From: a virus | Lineage: Duplodnaviria > Caudoviricetes | IMG/VR virus record: IMGVR_UViG_3300020473_000001 | Span: 1-55,851 of that record | Length of the DNA stretch: 55,851 nucleotides | Reading direction: 5' to 3' (one strand) | Shown here: piece by piece, positions 36,746 through 45,577 of the stretch | Layout: each line of letters opens with the position of its first letter | Numbering within the stretch: the stretch's first letter is position 1 | The notes under the pieces: model-generated | What the model was told of the DNA's origin: nothing | What the model saw: the letters and a program-made list of their open reading frames with translations, nothing else | The model's database searches: none | Translations under genes and position numbers: made by a program

Positions 36746-36970
36746 ATGAAAAACCATCCACAGCAGACAACGCACAAAACTGTTCTTAACAACCAGCAAA
36801 TTGATAACCTTGTGCAAGCGCTCGAAATTGCAATTGCAAGCGGTAAAATTGATAACAGCAAGTTCGACCAAAATAATATTTGTTTTGTTGACCCTAGCAG
36901 CACTTTAAAAATGTTGCGCGAGGTTGCCGAGTGTACTAACGCTGAACTTACTCATGGCTTGTGCATTTAG
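36746..36970 (+). CDS. Hypothetical protein
   Basis: RBS aagggg. Confidence 0.65.
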   Translation: MKNHPQQTTHKTVLNNQQIDNLVQALEIAIASGKIDNSKFDQNNICFVDPSSTLKMLREVAECTNAELTHGLCI

Positions 36971-37002
36971 CAAGCTATAGCTCACTACTTAATGGTTAAG
37001 AA

Positions 37003-37305
37003 ATGAGAGTTATACTAATAACGGTGACAATGGGTACGTTGTTTGCGGTTGCCGCCTACGATATAGCTACCGTAGCCCAAACAGCTAAGCCGCAGATAAA
37101 AATGCTAACAGAACACAAGCTTTTGTCAGGTGGTAACGCCACACACGGCTTTCATTATGTGTGTTTTAACAATCAGGTTATTTACCTAGAGCATATTGGA
37201 AACAGACAGATTACCTACGCTCCCGGTTCTTGGTATGGTGTACCAGCGGATTGTGCAAATTGGGACAATATCAGAAAACATTTAACTTGCAATGAGGGGA
37301 AATAA
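37003..37305 (+). CDS. Hypothetical secreted or membrane protein
   Basis: Hydrophobic N-terminus. Confidence 0.6.
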   Translation: MRVILITVTMGTLFAVAAYDIATVAQTAKPQIKMLTEHKLLSGGNATHGFHYVCFNNQVIYLEHIGNRQITYAPGSWYGVPADCANWDNIRKHLTCNEGK

Positions 37306-37306
37306 T

Positions 37307-37570
37307 ATGCGTATAAGCCACCAACCAATTACGCTAGTTCACGGGGCCAGCTACTCAGTAATCCCACGCGGGGAAGCAAAGCCAATTCCTACAGTATGCC
37401 TATTCCTAGACCCGAAAAAGTTTAAGGCAACTATTAAACAGCGCTACCCTGACGTTCCTGAAAAACCGTGCTTTATGTACAAGGATAAGGTCAAGGGTGA
37501 ATATAAATACGTCCTATTGGGTGATGTTGCTTTTATGGCTCGGCTCGGAGGTAAACATGTTAAACGGTAA
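37307..37570 (+). CDS. Hypothetical protein
   Basis: ATG after gagggg. Confidence 0.6.
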   Translation: MRISHQPITLVHGASYSVIPRGEAKPIPTVCLFLDPKKFKATIKQRYPDVPEKPCFMYKDKVKGEYKYVLLGDVAFMARLGGKHVKR

Positions 37571-37748
37571 TTTCTATCGAGGCACTGTAGTTGTGCATTT
37601 CGGCGGGCTAAAGCGTCCCAAGATTTACGAGGGTTGCGACATACATATGAGCACGCACGGCGCTTTATGTGTGGTCAAACCTAGCGGCTTAGTGGTGGCA
37701 ACTTTTGCACAAGGTCAATGGATTAGGGCCGAGCATGTCAATACTTAA
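37557..37748 (+). CDS. Hypothetical protein
   Basis: ATG after ggagg; ends FA.GQW. Confidence 0.6.
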   Translation: MLNGNFYRGTVVVHFGGLKRPKIYEGCDIHMSTHGALCVVKPSGLVVATFAQGQWIRAEHVNT

Positions 37749-37965
37749 AAATCTTACACGGGTGGCTGTACCACCTACAACATCAATTCCTTTTCTAGCT
37801 GTGTATGACCAATATGGTATTATTAGGGCTGAAACGGTGCAGTACGTTGAGGGCAATTACTACGCTTACAGCGAAGCGCAGAACAGCTTTTGCGACCAGA
37901 TAGTACAATGGTCCGAGGGTACTGAGTTTTACACTTATAGGAGTGATTTTAATGATGCAATTTAA
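37735..37965 (+). CDS. Hypothetical protein
   Basis: Overlapping, coupled ORF. Confidence 0.5.
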   Translation: MSILKNLTRVAVPPTTSIPFLAVYDQYGIIRAETVQYVEGNYYAYSEAQNSFCDQIVQWSEGTEFYTYRSDFNDAI

Positions 37966-38362
37966 CTATGCGCAGCGTGAACACTGGTTTAAAACATTGG
38001 AACGTTTAAAGCATAAACTAAGCGAAATCCAGGCTCACGTGCAAAACGAAAACAGTATTACAAAAGAAGTGCCTGAACATATCGAGCAAGTTAGGGCCAC
38101 GATTAACAAGGAGCTGGGTGGTTTTAGTGATGCAATTGCTTCCATACAAAGTGGGTTTGTGTACGCAGGGGTAAACGTAATTCCTGAAAGCGAATACGGC
38201 GTTGCCATCGTAATGGAAGCTCATTTACGTGAAGCTATTGAACGTATGGCTGCAAGATTAGGCCATGCGCCGCAAAGCATTTTTGTGGATGAGACCTGCA
38301 TTGTAGAGCTGGTAAATGATATCGAGCAAAACAACTTAATGGTGTCTGAAAATGGGAGTTAG
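37952..38362 (+). CDS. Hypothetical protein
   Basis: RBS aggag. Confidence 0.65.
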   Translation: MMQFNYAQREHWFKTLERLKHKLSEIQAHVQNENSITKEVPEHIEQVRATINKELGGFSDAIASIQSGFVYAGVNVIPESEYGVAIVMEAHLREAIERMAARLGHAPQSIFVDETCIVELVNDIEQNNLMVSENGS

Positions 38363-38855
38363 GCTAAAACCGAGCAAACATGTAAGCACTGCGCTCCGTA
38401 AGGCATGGGAGGCCCGTGCTAAGAAGTGTTGGCTAGCTGGTGGCGGGTGCTTTGCGCAACTTGCTTGTGGAGGCTTTGTCGGCTCACAGGCGCAGAACCA
38501 ATTAATGTACACGTTGGAAAGCGTGAGGCGCTGGTCTGGGATTATAATGGTGTTCAACTGTAACGGATACCAGCAATGGGCGGATAGTGTAGTCATAGAG
38601 AGTACGCAACCCCTTAAGTTAAACGAATTCCAACTTGGCGTTAATGCTGCCATGGATGAGTTATACGAAAGTTGTAATAAAAAGTTCATTGTTAGCTCCG
38701 GATATTATGTTGTAACCCACACAGGGTTCGACCTCGCAGCCATGCGCGATGGTGTTGTACAATGGTTTGCAGACCGAGGCGCTTTTGACGCCACCTATTG
38801 CTATTTGCAAAATGAATTGAAGGAGAAGTTAAATGAACAAGCGGCTAACGCTTAA
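38352..38855 (+). CDS. Hypothetical protein
   Basis: 167 aa coupled ORF. Confidence 0.65.
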   Translation: MGVRLKPSKHVSTALRKAWEARAKKCWLAGGGCFAQLACGGFVGSQAQNQLMYTLESVRRWSGIIMVFNCNGYQQWADSVVIESTQPLKLNEFQLGVNAAMDELYESCNKKFIVSSGYYVVTHTGFDLAAMRDGVVQWFADRGAFDATYCYLQNELKEKLNEQAANA

Positions 38856-39252
38856 ACAACAAACCCATGAGCTAGGCTGCGTTTCCGCGTGCCTAGCTAT
38901 GATATTAGATATGGATGTGGAGCAAGTGCGTACCGAGTTTGAAGCGGCGTTCTTTGACCACACTATGGAGGTTCCGCAGTACCTTGAAAGTAAGGGTTAC
39001 ACATGTAAGAAACCTGAAGAACCTTATCGGCTAGCACAGGGGTACATTTACCTAGTGCTTGTTCCTTCCGCAAATTCCATCGGGCTATTTCACCAGATCA
39101 TTATTGATACTCGCTTTGAGGATGAAATTATTATCCTTGACCCTGCTCGTGAGGGTAAACGCCGCTATGTTTATGAAGCTGTAAATCCAAACGAAGCAGA
39201 GGTTTGTTCATTCTATATCGAGTACGTTATTGACAAAGCGGAGGTGGAATAA
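38833..39252 (+). CDS. Papain-like peptidase C39-like protein
   Basis: Q.....GC..ACLAMIL, later H and ILDP, giving an oxyanion Gln plus a Cys-His-Asp arrangement. Confidence 0.65.
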   Translation: MNKRLTLKQQTHELGCVSACLAMILDMDVEQVRTEFEAAFFDHTMEVPQYLESKGYTCKKPEEPYRLAQGYIYLVLVPSANSIGLFHQIIIDTRFEDEIIILDPAREGKRRYVYEAVNPNEAEVCSFYIEYVIDKAEVE

Positions 39253-39698
39253 TGGTGCATGTTGTTAACAAGGGTAAGGCGGGTGAGCGTGAGGTTGTGA
39301 AGCTTTTACAGCCAATTGTTAACGAGGTTTATGAAAGCCTTCGTATGCAGCCGCCCGACCTATTACGTAACCAAATGCAGACCGCAGTTGGAGGGTATGA
39401 CATCTGCGGGCTACCGTGGATTGCCCTGGAGGTTAAACGCCAAGAGCAGCTAAGCTTGAACGCTTGGTGGAAGCAAGTTACAACCGCATGTTGTAACGGT
39501 GAAGTTCCAATTGTAATCTTCCGTCAGAACCGTAAGAAGTGGCGCATTCTTATGCCTGCGTGGTTGCACACTGGCGGAAAAGGTCACCAGCAATGCCGCG
39601 CTGAAGTTGACCTGGATACGTTTCTAACTTGGTTCCGTGAGCGTTGCAAATACGAGGCTATTAAAGAAAGTGAGTCGACTTGCTTGGGGGACATGTAA
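39252..39698 (+). CDS. Holliday junction resolvase-like PD-(D/E)XK nuclease (T5 D14-like)
   Basis: KGK.GERE, G.D, ALEVKR.E, WW.Q, FRQNR..W. Confidence 0.8.
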   Translation: MVHVVNKGKAGEREVVKLLQPIVNEVYESLRMQPPDLLRNQMQTAVGGYDICGLPWIALEVKRQEQLSLNAWWKQVTTACCNGEVPIVIFRQNRKKWRILMPAWLHTGGKGHQQCRAEVDLDTFLTWFRERCKYEAIKESESTCLGDM

Positions 39699-39919
39699 TG
39701 CACAAGTTCTTATTGTTGATTGTATTTGCCTTTGTAGTTTGCGCCGCGTCAGTGTGTTTGGGGGCGTTGGTTCTAGCCGCACTGGGCTACGATGCCCATT
39801 ACATCGACGGTACGTTGTTGCAGCCTTTGCAGTGGGTTTTTAGCGGCTTAGTTATTAGCTTAGCCGCTTGGCTGGTGGCATGGGTTAATCGACCAAGTGG
39901 GCCATATATTAAGAAATAG
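39698..39919 (+). CDS. Small two-TM membrane protein
   Basis: ATG coupled to the previous stop; hydrophobic. Confidence 0.6.
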   Translation: MHKFLLLIVFAFVVCAASVCLGALVLAALGYDAHYIDGTLLQPLQWVFSGLVISLAAWLVAWVNRPSGPYIKK

Positions 39920-39997
39920 TTCTTATTGGTTAAACGCAATATATCAGTTAAACTAAGGCTGTAGAATATTTCTACGGCCTTTTATTTTGGAGAAAAT

Positions 39998-40183
39998 ATG
40001 GTTCTTACAAACATTGCTATTGGAATTAGTTTATTCCTGCATTTGTGCCTCTTTGTGGCGTTCCTTAGTAAAGGAAACAGGTCGGCGTTATTTGCCCTCA
40101 TAGGCGGATTAGTTAGTTTGCTAGGTGGCGGGTTCTGGCTACTATTAATATTGATTCGACTTTTCACGGGGGATTGGGTATGA
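39998..40183 (+). CDS. Small two-TM membrane protein
   Basis: RBS ggag; hydrophobic. Confidence 0.6.
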   Translation: MVLTNIAIGISLFLHLCLFVAFLSKGNRSALFALIGGLVSLLGGGFWLLLILIRLFTGDWV

Positions 40184-41253
40184 GTTTCAAGCCAATGTTG
40201 GCAAGCAACATTAAACCGGAACAAGTTACTGAAGAGTGTTACGGGTCAATTAAGTTGGAAGGGGTGCGCGGCATTGTACGCCCTCACGATGGTTTAGTTA
40301 CCCGCAATCTTAAGCCATTCGGCAATAGCTTAATATATCAGACACAGCTTGTGCAGAAATTAGAGGAGTACTGTGCGGGTAGTGGGATTACCCTTGAAGG
40401 TGAATTCTACGTTCATGGTTGGACTTTTAATCGCATAGATTCATGCCTACGTGGTGAGGGTAATATAGACGTTCACAGTTTACAATTCCACGTATTCGAC
40501 TGTTATATTGACCACAAACCTGACCTTACATTTAAAGACCGCGTTACTGAATATACGAAAGCGGTGCGCGAGCTGAAAGCGGAAGGTTGTGGTCAAGTTG
40601 AAATCGTTGTTCAGTATTTAATGATGGACGAGCATGATATACGTAAAGCTTACTGCTACGCTATCGAAAATGGATATGAGGGCTTTTGTCTTAAGAAAGC
40701 AGATGCGCCTTACAAGCTTGGGCGTAGTACCACCAAGCAGCAGATCTTCGTTCGCATTAAGCCTGAGGAAACTTACGACTGTGTGGTGTTGGATATACTT
40801 GAGCGCCAGCAAAACCTTTGCGAAAGCGAGGTTAACGAATTGGGCTACCTGTACAAGCGCCAGGACAAGGGGCAAAAAGCCGCCACAGGCTTAGCACAGA
40901 GCGCGGTGGTGTATACCCCTGCGTTGGGTAAGGTACACAAAGTTAGCCTTACACGCGGGCTTACAGACCCCGACCGCGCCCGTATATGGGAGGAGCGCGA
41001 GCGCTGGATTGGTACACCTATGCAGTTCGTAGCGATACCCGTTCCAGGGCAGGAGGTTCCTCGAAGCCCTCGTTTTGATAAGTGGCGCGGCGATATACAG
41101 CCAACTTTCCTTGAGCACCCTGAGAGTGATAGCGTTATGGTTAGCTGGGATCCCGCAGAAGTTGAAGCTGTTCTACAGAAATCAACGTGCCATGTAATCA
41201 CGTTAGAACAATTCATTCAACTTTATAATGAAGGTTACAGCGTTGCGAACTAA
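40180..41253 (+). CDS. ATP-dependent DNA ligase
   Basis: KPMLA, KLEGVR (motif I), LEGE, FHVFD, YEG..LK, Y..GRST, PRSPRF. Confidence 0.88.
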   Translation: MSFKPMLASNIKPEQVTEECYGSIKLEGVRGIVRPHDGLVTRNLKPFGNSLIYQTQLVQKLEEYCAGSGITLEGEFYVHGWTFNRIDSCLRGEGNIDVHSLQFHVFDCYIDHKPDLTFKDRVTEYTKAVRELKAEGCGQVEIVVQYLMMDEHDIRKAYCYAIENGYEGFCLKKADAPYKLGRSTTKQQIFVRIKPEETYDCVVLDILERQQNLCESEVNELGYLYKRQDKGQKAATGLAQSAVVYTPALGKVHKVSLTRGLTDPDRARIWEERERWIGTPMQFVAIPVPGQEVPRSPRFDKWRGDIQPTFLEHPESDSVMVSWDPAEVEAVLQKSTCHVITLEQFIQLYNEGYSVAN

Positions 41254-41660
41254 TTTACCGTTCATTAAATAATTTTAGCTTTATGATTGCGAAGGTTTCG
41301 TATGTTTCGTAAAGGTTTTAAAAAACTACTTATAAAACAAAAGTTTACAAACTGGTTGCACCAGTTGTGACACGAAACCTTCGGTATACACCCCGACTCT
41401 CAGGGTGTATGGGGGTATAAATTAGGGTGATGGTGGTTATAAATCTAGGTTTGGAATTAAATATATAAATAAATACATATAAAATATATATTTTTATTTA
41501 TAGTTTTCAATAACTTACAAAACAATTAAATTTATTTAACGATCGTTAAGATCAAACAAATCGTTGTGTGATGGCAGGGTGACGAACGTTTCGATAAACT
41601 GTAACCCGTTAGTCTAGGGCGCAGCGCAAGAACTAGCTATAATAGTGTGGTCATTAAGGA
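41254..41660. other. Second origin-like non-coding element, a diverged copy of about 30700-31070
   Basis: Shares the ACACCCC..GGGT..GGGGG..GGGTGATG block, AT tract, GATC-centred palindrome and GGGTGACG. Confidence 0.6.
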
Positions 41661-41667
41661 GGCCAGT

Positions 41668-42099
41668 ATGTCAAACAATTTTATAACTTTACGTGAACCA
41701 ATCGAATTCGGTAAATACCGAGGCACAGGCAAGACAGGTGCTGACTTGTTAAATTGCCCTCAAGGCATATCTTATCTTAAGTATCTTTACAATCATACAG
41801 ATGTTGCAATGGAACATAGCTTGGTTAATTCGTTGGGTAAGGAAGTTGACTTAGTTGCAAACGACCAACGCCGTAACAGTAACTTATATCACAAAGCGGA
41901 TATACATCCATTCCTTAGTAAAGTTGATGGGCTCCAAGGAACGGGCGGGACCGCTACTTTCAACGATTGGAGTAAATACGGTGATAAGTTCAAGCAAGCT
42001 TTAAGGGAAGCTGAGTTGGGGATAACTTCACGTACATTTGACTCAATTGTTAGAAATGAAGTCCGGGCGATGTCTAATCTGTACGGGGTTGAAAAATGA
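41668..42099 (+). CDS. Hypothetical protein with FGKY.G motif (ExoX C-terminal/DUF3820-like)
   Basis: RBS aaggagg; EFGKYRG...SYLKYL. Confidence 0.65.
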   Translation: MSNNFITLREPIEFGKYRGTGKTGADLLNCPQGISYLKYLYNHTDVAMEHSLVNSLGKEVDLVANDQRRNSNLYHKADIHPFLSKVDGLQGTGGTATFNDWSKYGDKFKQALREAELGITSRTFDSIVRNEVRAMSNLYGVEK

Positions 42100-42398
42100 G
42101 CTCCAGTAAAACACTTGAACAGATTATTGTAGAATTCTTGCGGGAACGTGCGGGTGAGTTTGTAGCCGCCACAGACGAGGCATTACTTCGCCATTGCTTT
42201 AAGAGTTATACATGGGAAACTGAACTGCGGCGTGGGGTTGGTGCAGCGCTATCGCGTATCCACGCGGAGAAGGGTGAATACCCTGACGGGCGTATTATAC
42301 GTAAGCGTATGAAAATGAAACCGAGTTCTTTAGCGCGGACGCACATTGGTCGCAATTCACAACCCGTTTTCCACTATAAATTCATATCCAATAGCTAA
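42096..42398 (+). CDS. Hypothetical protein, possibly winged-helix DNA-binding
   Basis: ATGA overlap; basic. Confidence 0.6.
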   Translation: MSSSKTLEQIIVEFLRERAGEFVAATDEALLRHCFKSYTWETELRRGVGAALSRIHAEKGEYPDGRIIRKRMKMKPSSLARTHIGRNSQPVFHYKFISNS

Positions 42399-42478
42399 TT
42401 TGCATAATATCGGGGGCTAATATACCATTGTTGGAAAATAAGCTATATTTAAAGCAGTTTTCCGTCAGTTAGGTATTT

Positions 42479-43027
42479 ATGGCCCACGATATTCACAGTT
42501 TACTAGATTCAGACGCTGGTTATACTCCATCGGAGAAGAAATTGCGCGATCGTTTCGTGGAAGAGTATATTCGTGATTATAGCCATTATTCAGCAGCGGT
42601 TCGAATTGGCTTTCAGGGCGAAGACGCTATGCAAATGGCAAAGCAGTTCATGGACGAGCCTTATGTCATACGCCTCATTGAGCGCGCTCAAGGCAACCGC
42701 AACCCATATTTCAACACTTCAGAAACGCCAAGCCCAAACCAAGATAAAGAACTGCCATTTGAGCAGCATAACGTTGACTACGACAAGCAACGGGTTTTAT
42801 CGGGCCTTATGCGCGAAGCATTTCATTATGGTGCTGGTAGCACGCAGGCCGCTAGAGTTTCGGCGCTCAATACCCTAGCCAAGATATACAAGCTTGATGA
42901 AGGTAGTAAAGACGAGGGCGGAACTAACTCTAACGTTATGGTAGTTCCTGCAATGGGTAGCGTAGACGATTGGGAAACAGTTGCTGAGGAGCAACAAGCT
43001 AAACTTAAAGAGGAGGTTAGTAAATGA
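42479..43027 (+). CDS. terS: Terminase small subunit
   Basis: RFVEEY..D.....AA.R.G, R..AL..LAK, VMVVP...D.WE. Confidence 0.85.
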   Translation: MAHDIHSLLDSDAGYTPSEKKLRDRFVEEYIRDYSHYSAAVRIGFQGEDAMQMAKQFMDEPYVIRLIERAQGNRNPYFNTSETPSPNQDKELPFEQHNVDYDKQRVLSGLMREAFHYGAGSTQAARVSALNTLAKIYKLDEGSKDEGGTNSNVMVVPAMGSVDDWETVAEEQQAKLKEEVSK

Positions 43028-43512
43028 CACCTGAGCGCATAACGGTACATTGCAGCGCCAATAAGAAAGGCCGTTATTTAACAGTTAACGAACTGCGCCG
43101 TTACCATGTGGAAACATTGAAATGGAGCGATGTTGGTTATCATTATGTTATCCGGACTGACGGTGCAGTAGATAAAGGTAGGCCGTTAACGCAACAGGGG
43201 GCGCATGTACGCGGGCATAACAAGAATAATATCGGTATATGTTTAATAGGGGGTTTAGATGCCAAGGGTAAGCCCTCATTTACATATACGGACGCACAGA
43301 TGCACGCCCTGTACGGTTTAGTTATATCCCTGTGCCTAGAGCACGGCATTAGTTATCACAAGGTTTGTGGTCACCGTGATTTTAGTCCAGACTTAAATGG
43401 TGACGGCGAGATTACAAGTGACGAGTTCATTAAAGACTGTCCTTGTTTTGATGTTAAAGAATGGTTATCTAGTCAACTGCAACAAAACGGAGTCAAATAT
43501 GAACTCGATTAG
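43024..43512 (+). CDS. Endolysin, N-acetylmuramoyl-L-alanine amidase (T7 lysozyme-like)
   Basis: VHCSA, WSDVGYHY, GAHVRGHN..IGIC, GHRD, K.CPCFD. Confidence 0.93.
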   Translation: MTPERITVHCSANKKGRYLTVNELRRYHVETLKWSDVGYHYVIRTDGAVDKGRPLTQQGAHVRGHNKNNIGICLIGGLDAKGKPSFTYTDAQMHALYGLVISLCLEHGISYHKVCGHRDFSPDLNGDGEITSDEFIKDCPCFDVKEWLSSQLQQNGVKYELD

Positions 43513-43702
43513 TAATTTGGGCCGCAAGTTAAATATTATTCGCGGTGTTAAGTCACTGTTATTCAACGATGGTAAATTCAATATTTCACGTGCTATTATC
43601 CTTTTAATAGCTGGTATTGTTATTGCTGTCGGTTACAAAGTAATCGGCCCTGAGGCTATTAATTTCACAATGCAAGTTCTGGCAGAATTTAGCGGGGATT
43701 AA
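43499..43702 (+). CDS. Small single-TM protein in the lysis cassette
   Basis: ATG after ggag; one hydrophobic helix. Confidence 0.6.
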   Translation: MNSISNLGRKLNIIRGVKSLLFNDGKFNISRAIILLIAGIVIAVGYKVIGPEAINFTMQVLAEFSGD

Positions 43703-43703
43703 A

Positions 43704-44033
43704 ATGCCACAGAATAAGCTCAGCATATTGGAGGCCATCGCGTTCGCGCTGTTTGCGGGTGTGGGTGGGGCATTGTCCTATCTTTTAAGGACATTGAGCG
43801 TTAACGTGAAGCCTTCATTTATTAAGGGGTTAGTTGAAGCCCTATCTTCAGCGTTCGTTGGCGTGCTTGCAATGCTTGCTTGTAAAGGTGCTGGAATTGA
43901 CTGGTACTGGAGCGGGGTCATTGTTGGTGTGTTTGGGTGGATCGGTGCTGAGACAAGTATTGTAATATTGTCTAAGTGTATCCGGTCTAAGTTTGGCATA
44001 AGTACAAATAACGATAAAGATGGAAAATCATAA
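43704..44033 (+). CDS. Holin, about 3 TM
   Basis: Three Gly/Ala-rich hydrophobic segments, charged C-terminus, next to the endolysin. Confidence 0.8.
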   Translation: MPQNKLSILEAIAFALFAGVGGALSYLLRTLSVNVKPSFIKGLVEALSSAFVGVLAMLACKGAGIDWYWSGVIVGVFGWIGAETSIVILSKCIRSKFGISTNNDKDGKS

Positions 44034-45567
44034 CGTAATTTGGAAGCCGCAAAAGGGGTCGCAGACTTTAGCGACCTCTTGCCCGTGCAACCACATTTTA
44101 ATGGAGGGGACTCGGGGAGGTGGTAAAACCGATAATCAGCTAATGTTTTACCGCCGTTTTGTGGGCCTAGGTTACGGCGCTTTCTGGCGTGGGGTAATAT
44201 TTGACAGAGAATATAAAAACTTAGACGATTTAATAGTAAAATCTAAGCGTTGGTTTAGCCAGTTCAATGACGGTGCAAAGTTCCTTAAGGGCGGAGGTGA
44301 CTATAAATGGGTCTGGCCCACAGGTGAAGAGCTTTTATTTCGTCAGATGAAAACCGAAGACGATTATTGGAAGTATCACGGGCAAGAGTTTCCATTCATT
44401 GGTTGGAATGAGTTAACCAAGCAGCCAAACAGCAATTTGTATGACATGATGATGTCTTGCAATCGCTCAAGCTTTCTACCAGCTGAGCATACGCCGAAGG
44501 ATTGTTTAACCTTTGACAATGAAGGTAACATTATTGACGGGGTGTTACCTGAACTTCCGCTGGTAGTTTTTTCTACTACAAACCCTTACGGGGTTGGGCA
44601 CAACTGGGTGAAGCAGCGTTTCATTGACCCCGCCCCTTGCGGTAAAGTAGTTCGAATTACGAAAGAGGTGTTTAACCCTCGAACGCAGAAAAAAGAAGAA
44701 ATTTCAAAAACGCAAGTGCGCATATTTAGCTCATACAAAGAGAACCGTTTCTTAAGCCCTGAGTATGTGCTTGAACTAGAAAACATAACCGACCCAAACA
44801 AACGTAAGGCATGGTTGGAAGGCGATTGGGATATTACATCGGGCGGCATGTTCGACGATGTGTGGTCATCACAATACAACGTTGTGGAGCCGTTTAGTAT
44901 ACCTAACACTTGGCGGGTGTTTAGAAGTTTTGACTGGGGTTCAAGCAAACCGTTCAGTGTTGGTTGGTGGGCTGAAAGCGATGGAAGCGATTACGTTGAC
45001 CACAACGGTAACGTTAGAAGTTCAGTGCGCGGTGACTTGTTTAGAATTGGGGAATGGTACGGTTGGAATGGCGTTCCAAATAAAGGTCTTACAATGCTGG
45101 CGACCCAAGTTGCTAAAGGTATTGTAGTACGCGAGGCTAAGATGGGAATTGCGACCCGCGTAAAGGCTGGCCCTGCTGACAACAGTATCTGGGATGATGT
45201 TAATGGTAACTGCATTGCCCGTGACATGGGTAAAAAAGTTCGTATTGACGGCAAGCTATATCAGGGCGTATCATGGGAAAGAAGTAATAAAAGCGCGGGT
45301 AGCCGAAAGAATGGTTGGGAGTTAATGCGTATTGCCATAAGTAACGCGCAACCCAATGAGCACGGCTACCCACGTGAAGAACCTGGAATGTTTGTGTTTA
45401 GAAACTGCGATCAGTTCATAAGAACAGTGCCAACAATTCCACGTGACACTAAAGATTTGGACGATGTTGACACCGATGCTGAAGACCATATTGCAGACGA
45501 AACGCGGTACGTAATATTAAGCGTTGGTAACAGATTTAGTACGGGTAGAACTACGGGACATCACTAA
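44020..45567 (+). CDS. terL: Terminase large subunit
   Basis: GTRGGGKT, IGWNEL, TTNPYG.GH.WVK, FDWG, EDH..DE.RY. Confidence 0.95.
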   Translation: MENHNVIWKPQKGSQTLATSCPCNHILMEGTRGGGKTDNQLMFYRRFVGLGYGAFWRGVIFDREYKNLDDLIVKSKRWFSQFNDGAKFLKGGGDYKWVWPTGEELLFRQMKTEDDYWKYHGQEFPFIGWNELTKQPNSNLYDMMMSCNRSSFLPAEHTPKDCLTFDNEGNIIDGVLPELPLVVFSTTNPYGVGHNWVKQRFIDPAPCGKVVRITKEVFNPRTQKKEEISKTQVRIFSSYKENRFLSPEYVLELENITDPNKRKAWLEGDWDITSGGMFDDVWSSQYNVVEPFSIPNTWRVFRSFDWGSSKPFSVGWWAESDGSDYVDHNGNVRSSVRGDLFRIGEWYGWNGVPNKGLTMLATQVAKGIVVREAKMGIATRVKAGPADNSIWDDVNGNCIARDMGKKVRIDGKLYQGVSWERSNKSAGSRKNGWELMRIAISNAQPNEHGYPREEPGMFVFRNCDQFIRTVPTIPRDTKDLDDVDTDAEDHIADETRYVILSVGNRFSTGRTTGHH

Positions 45568-45577
45568 GGTAAAGCTA

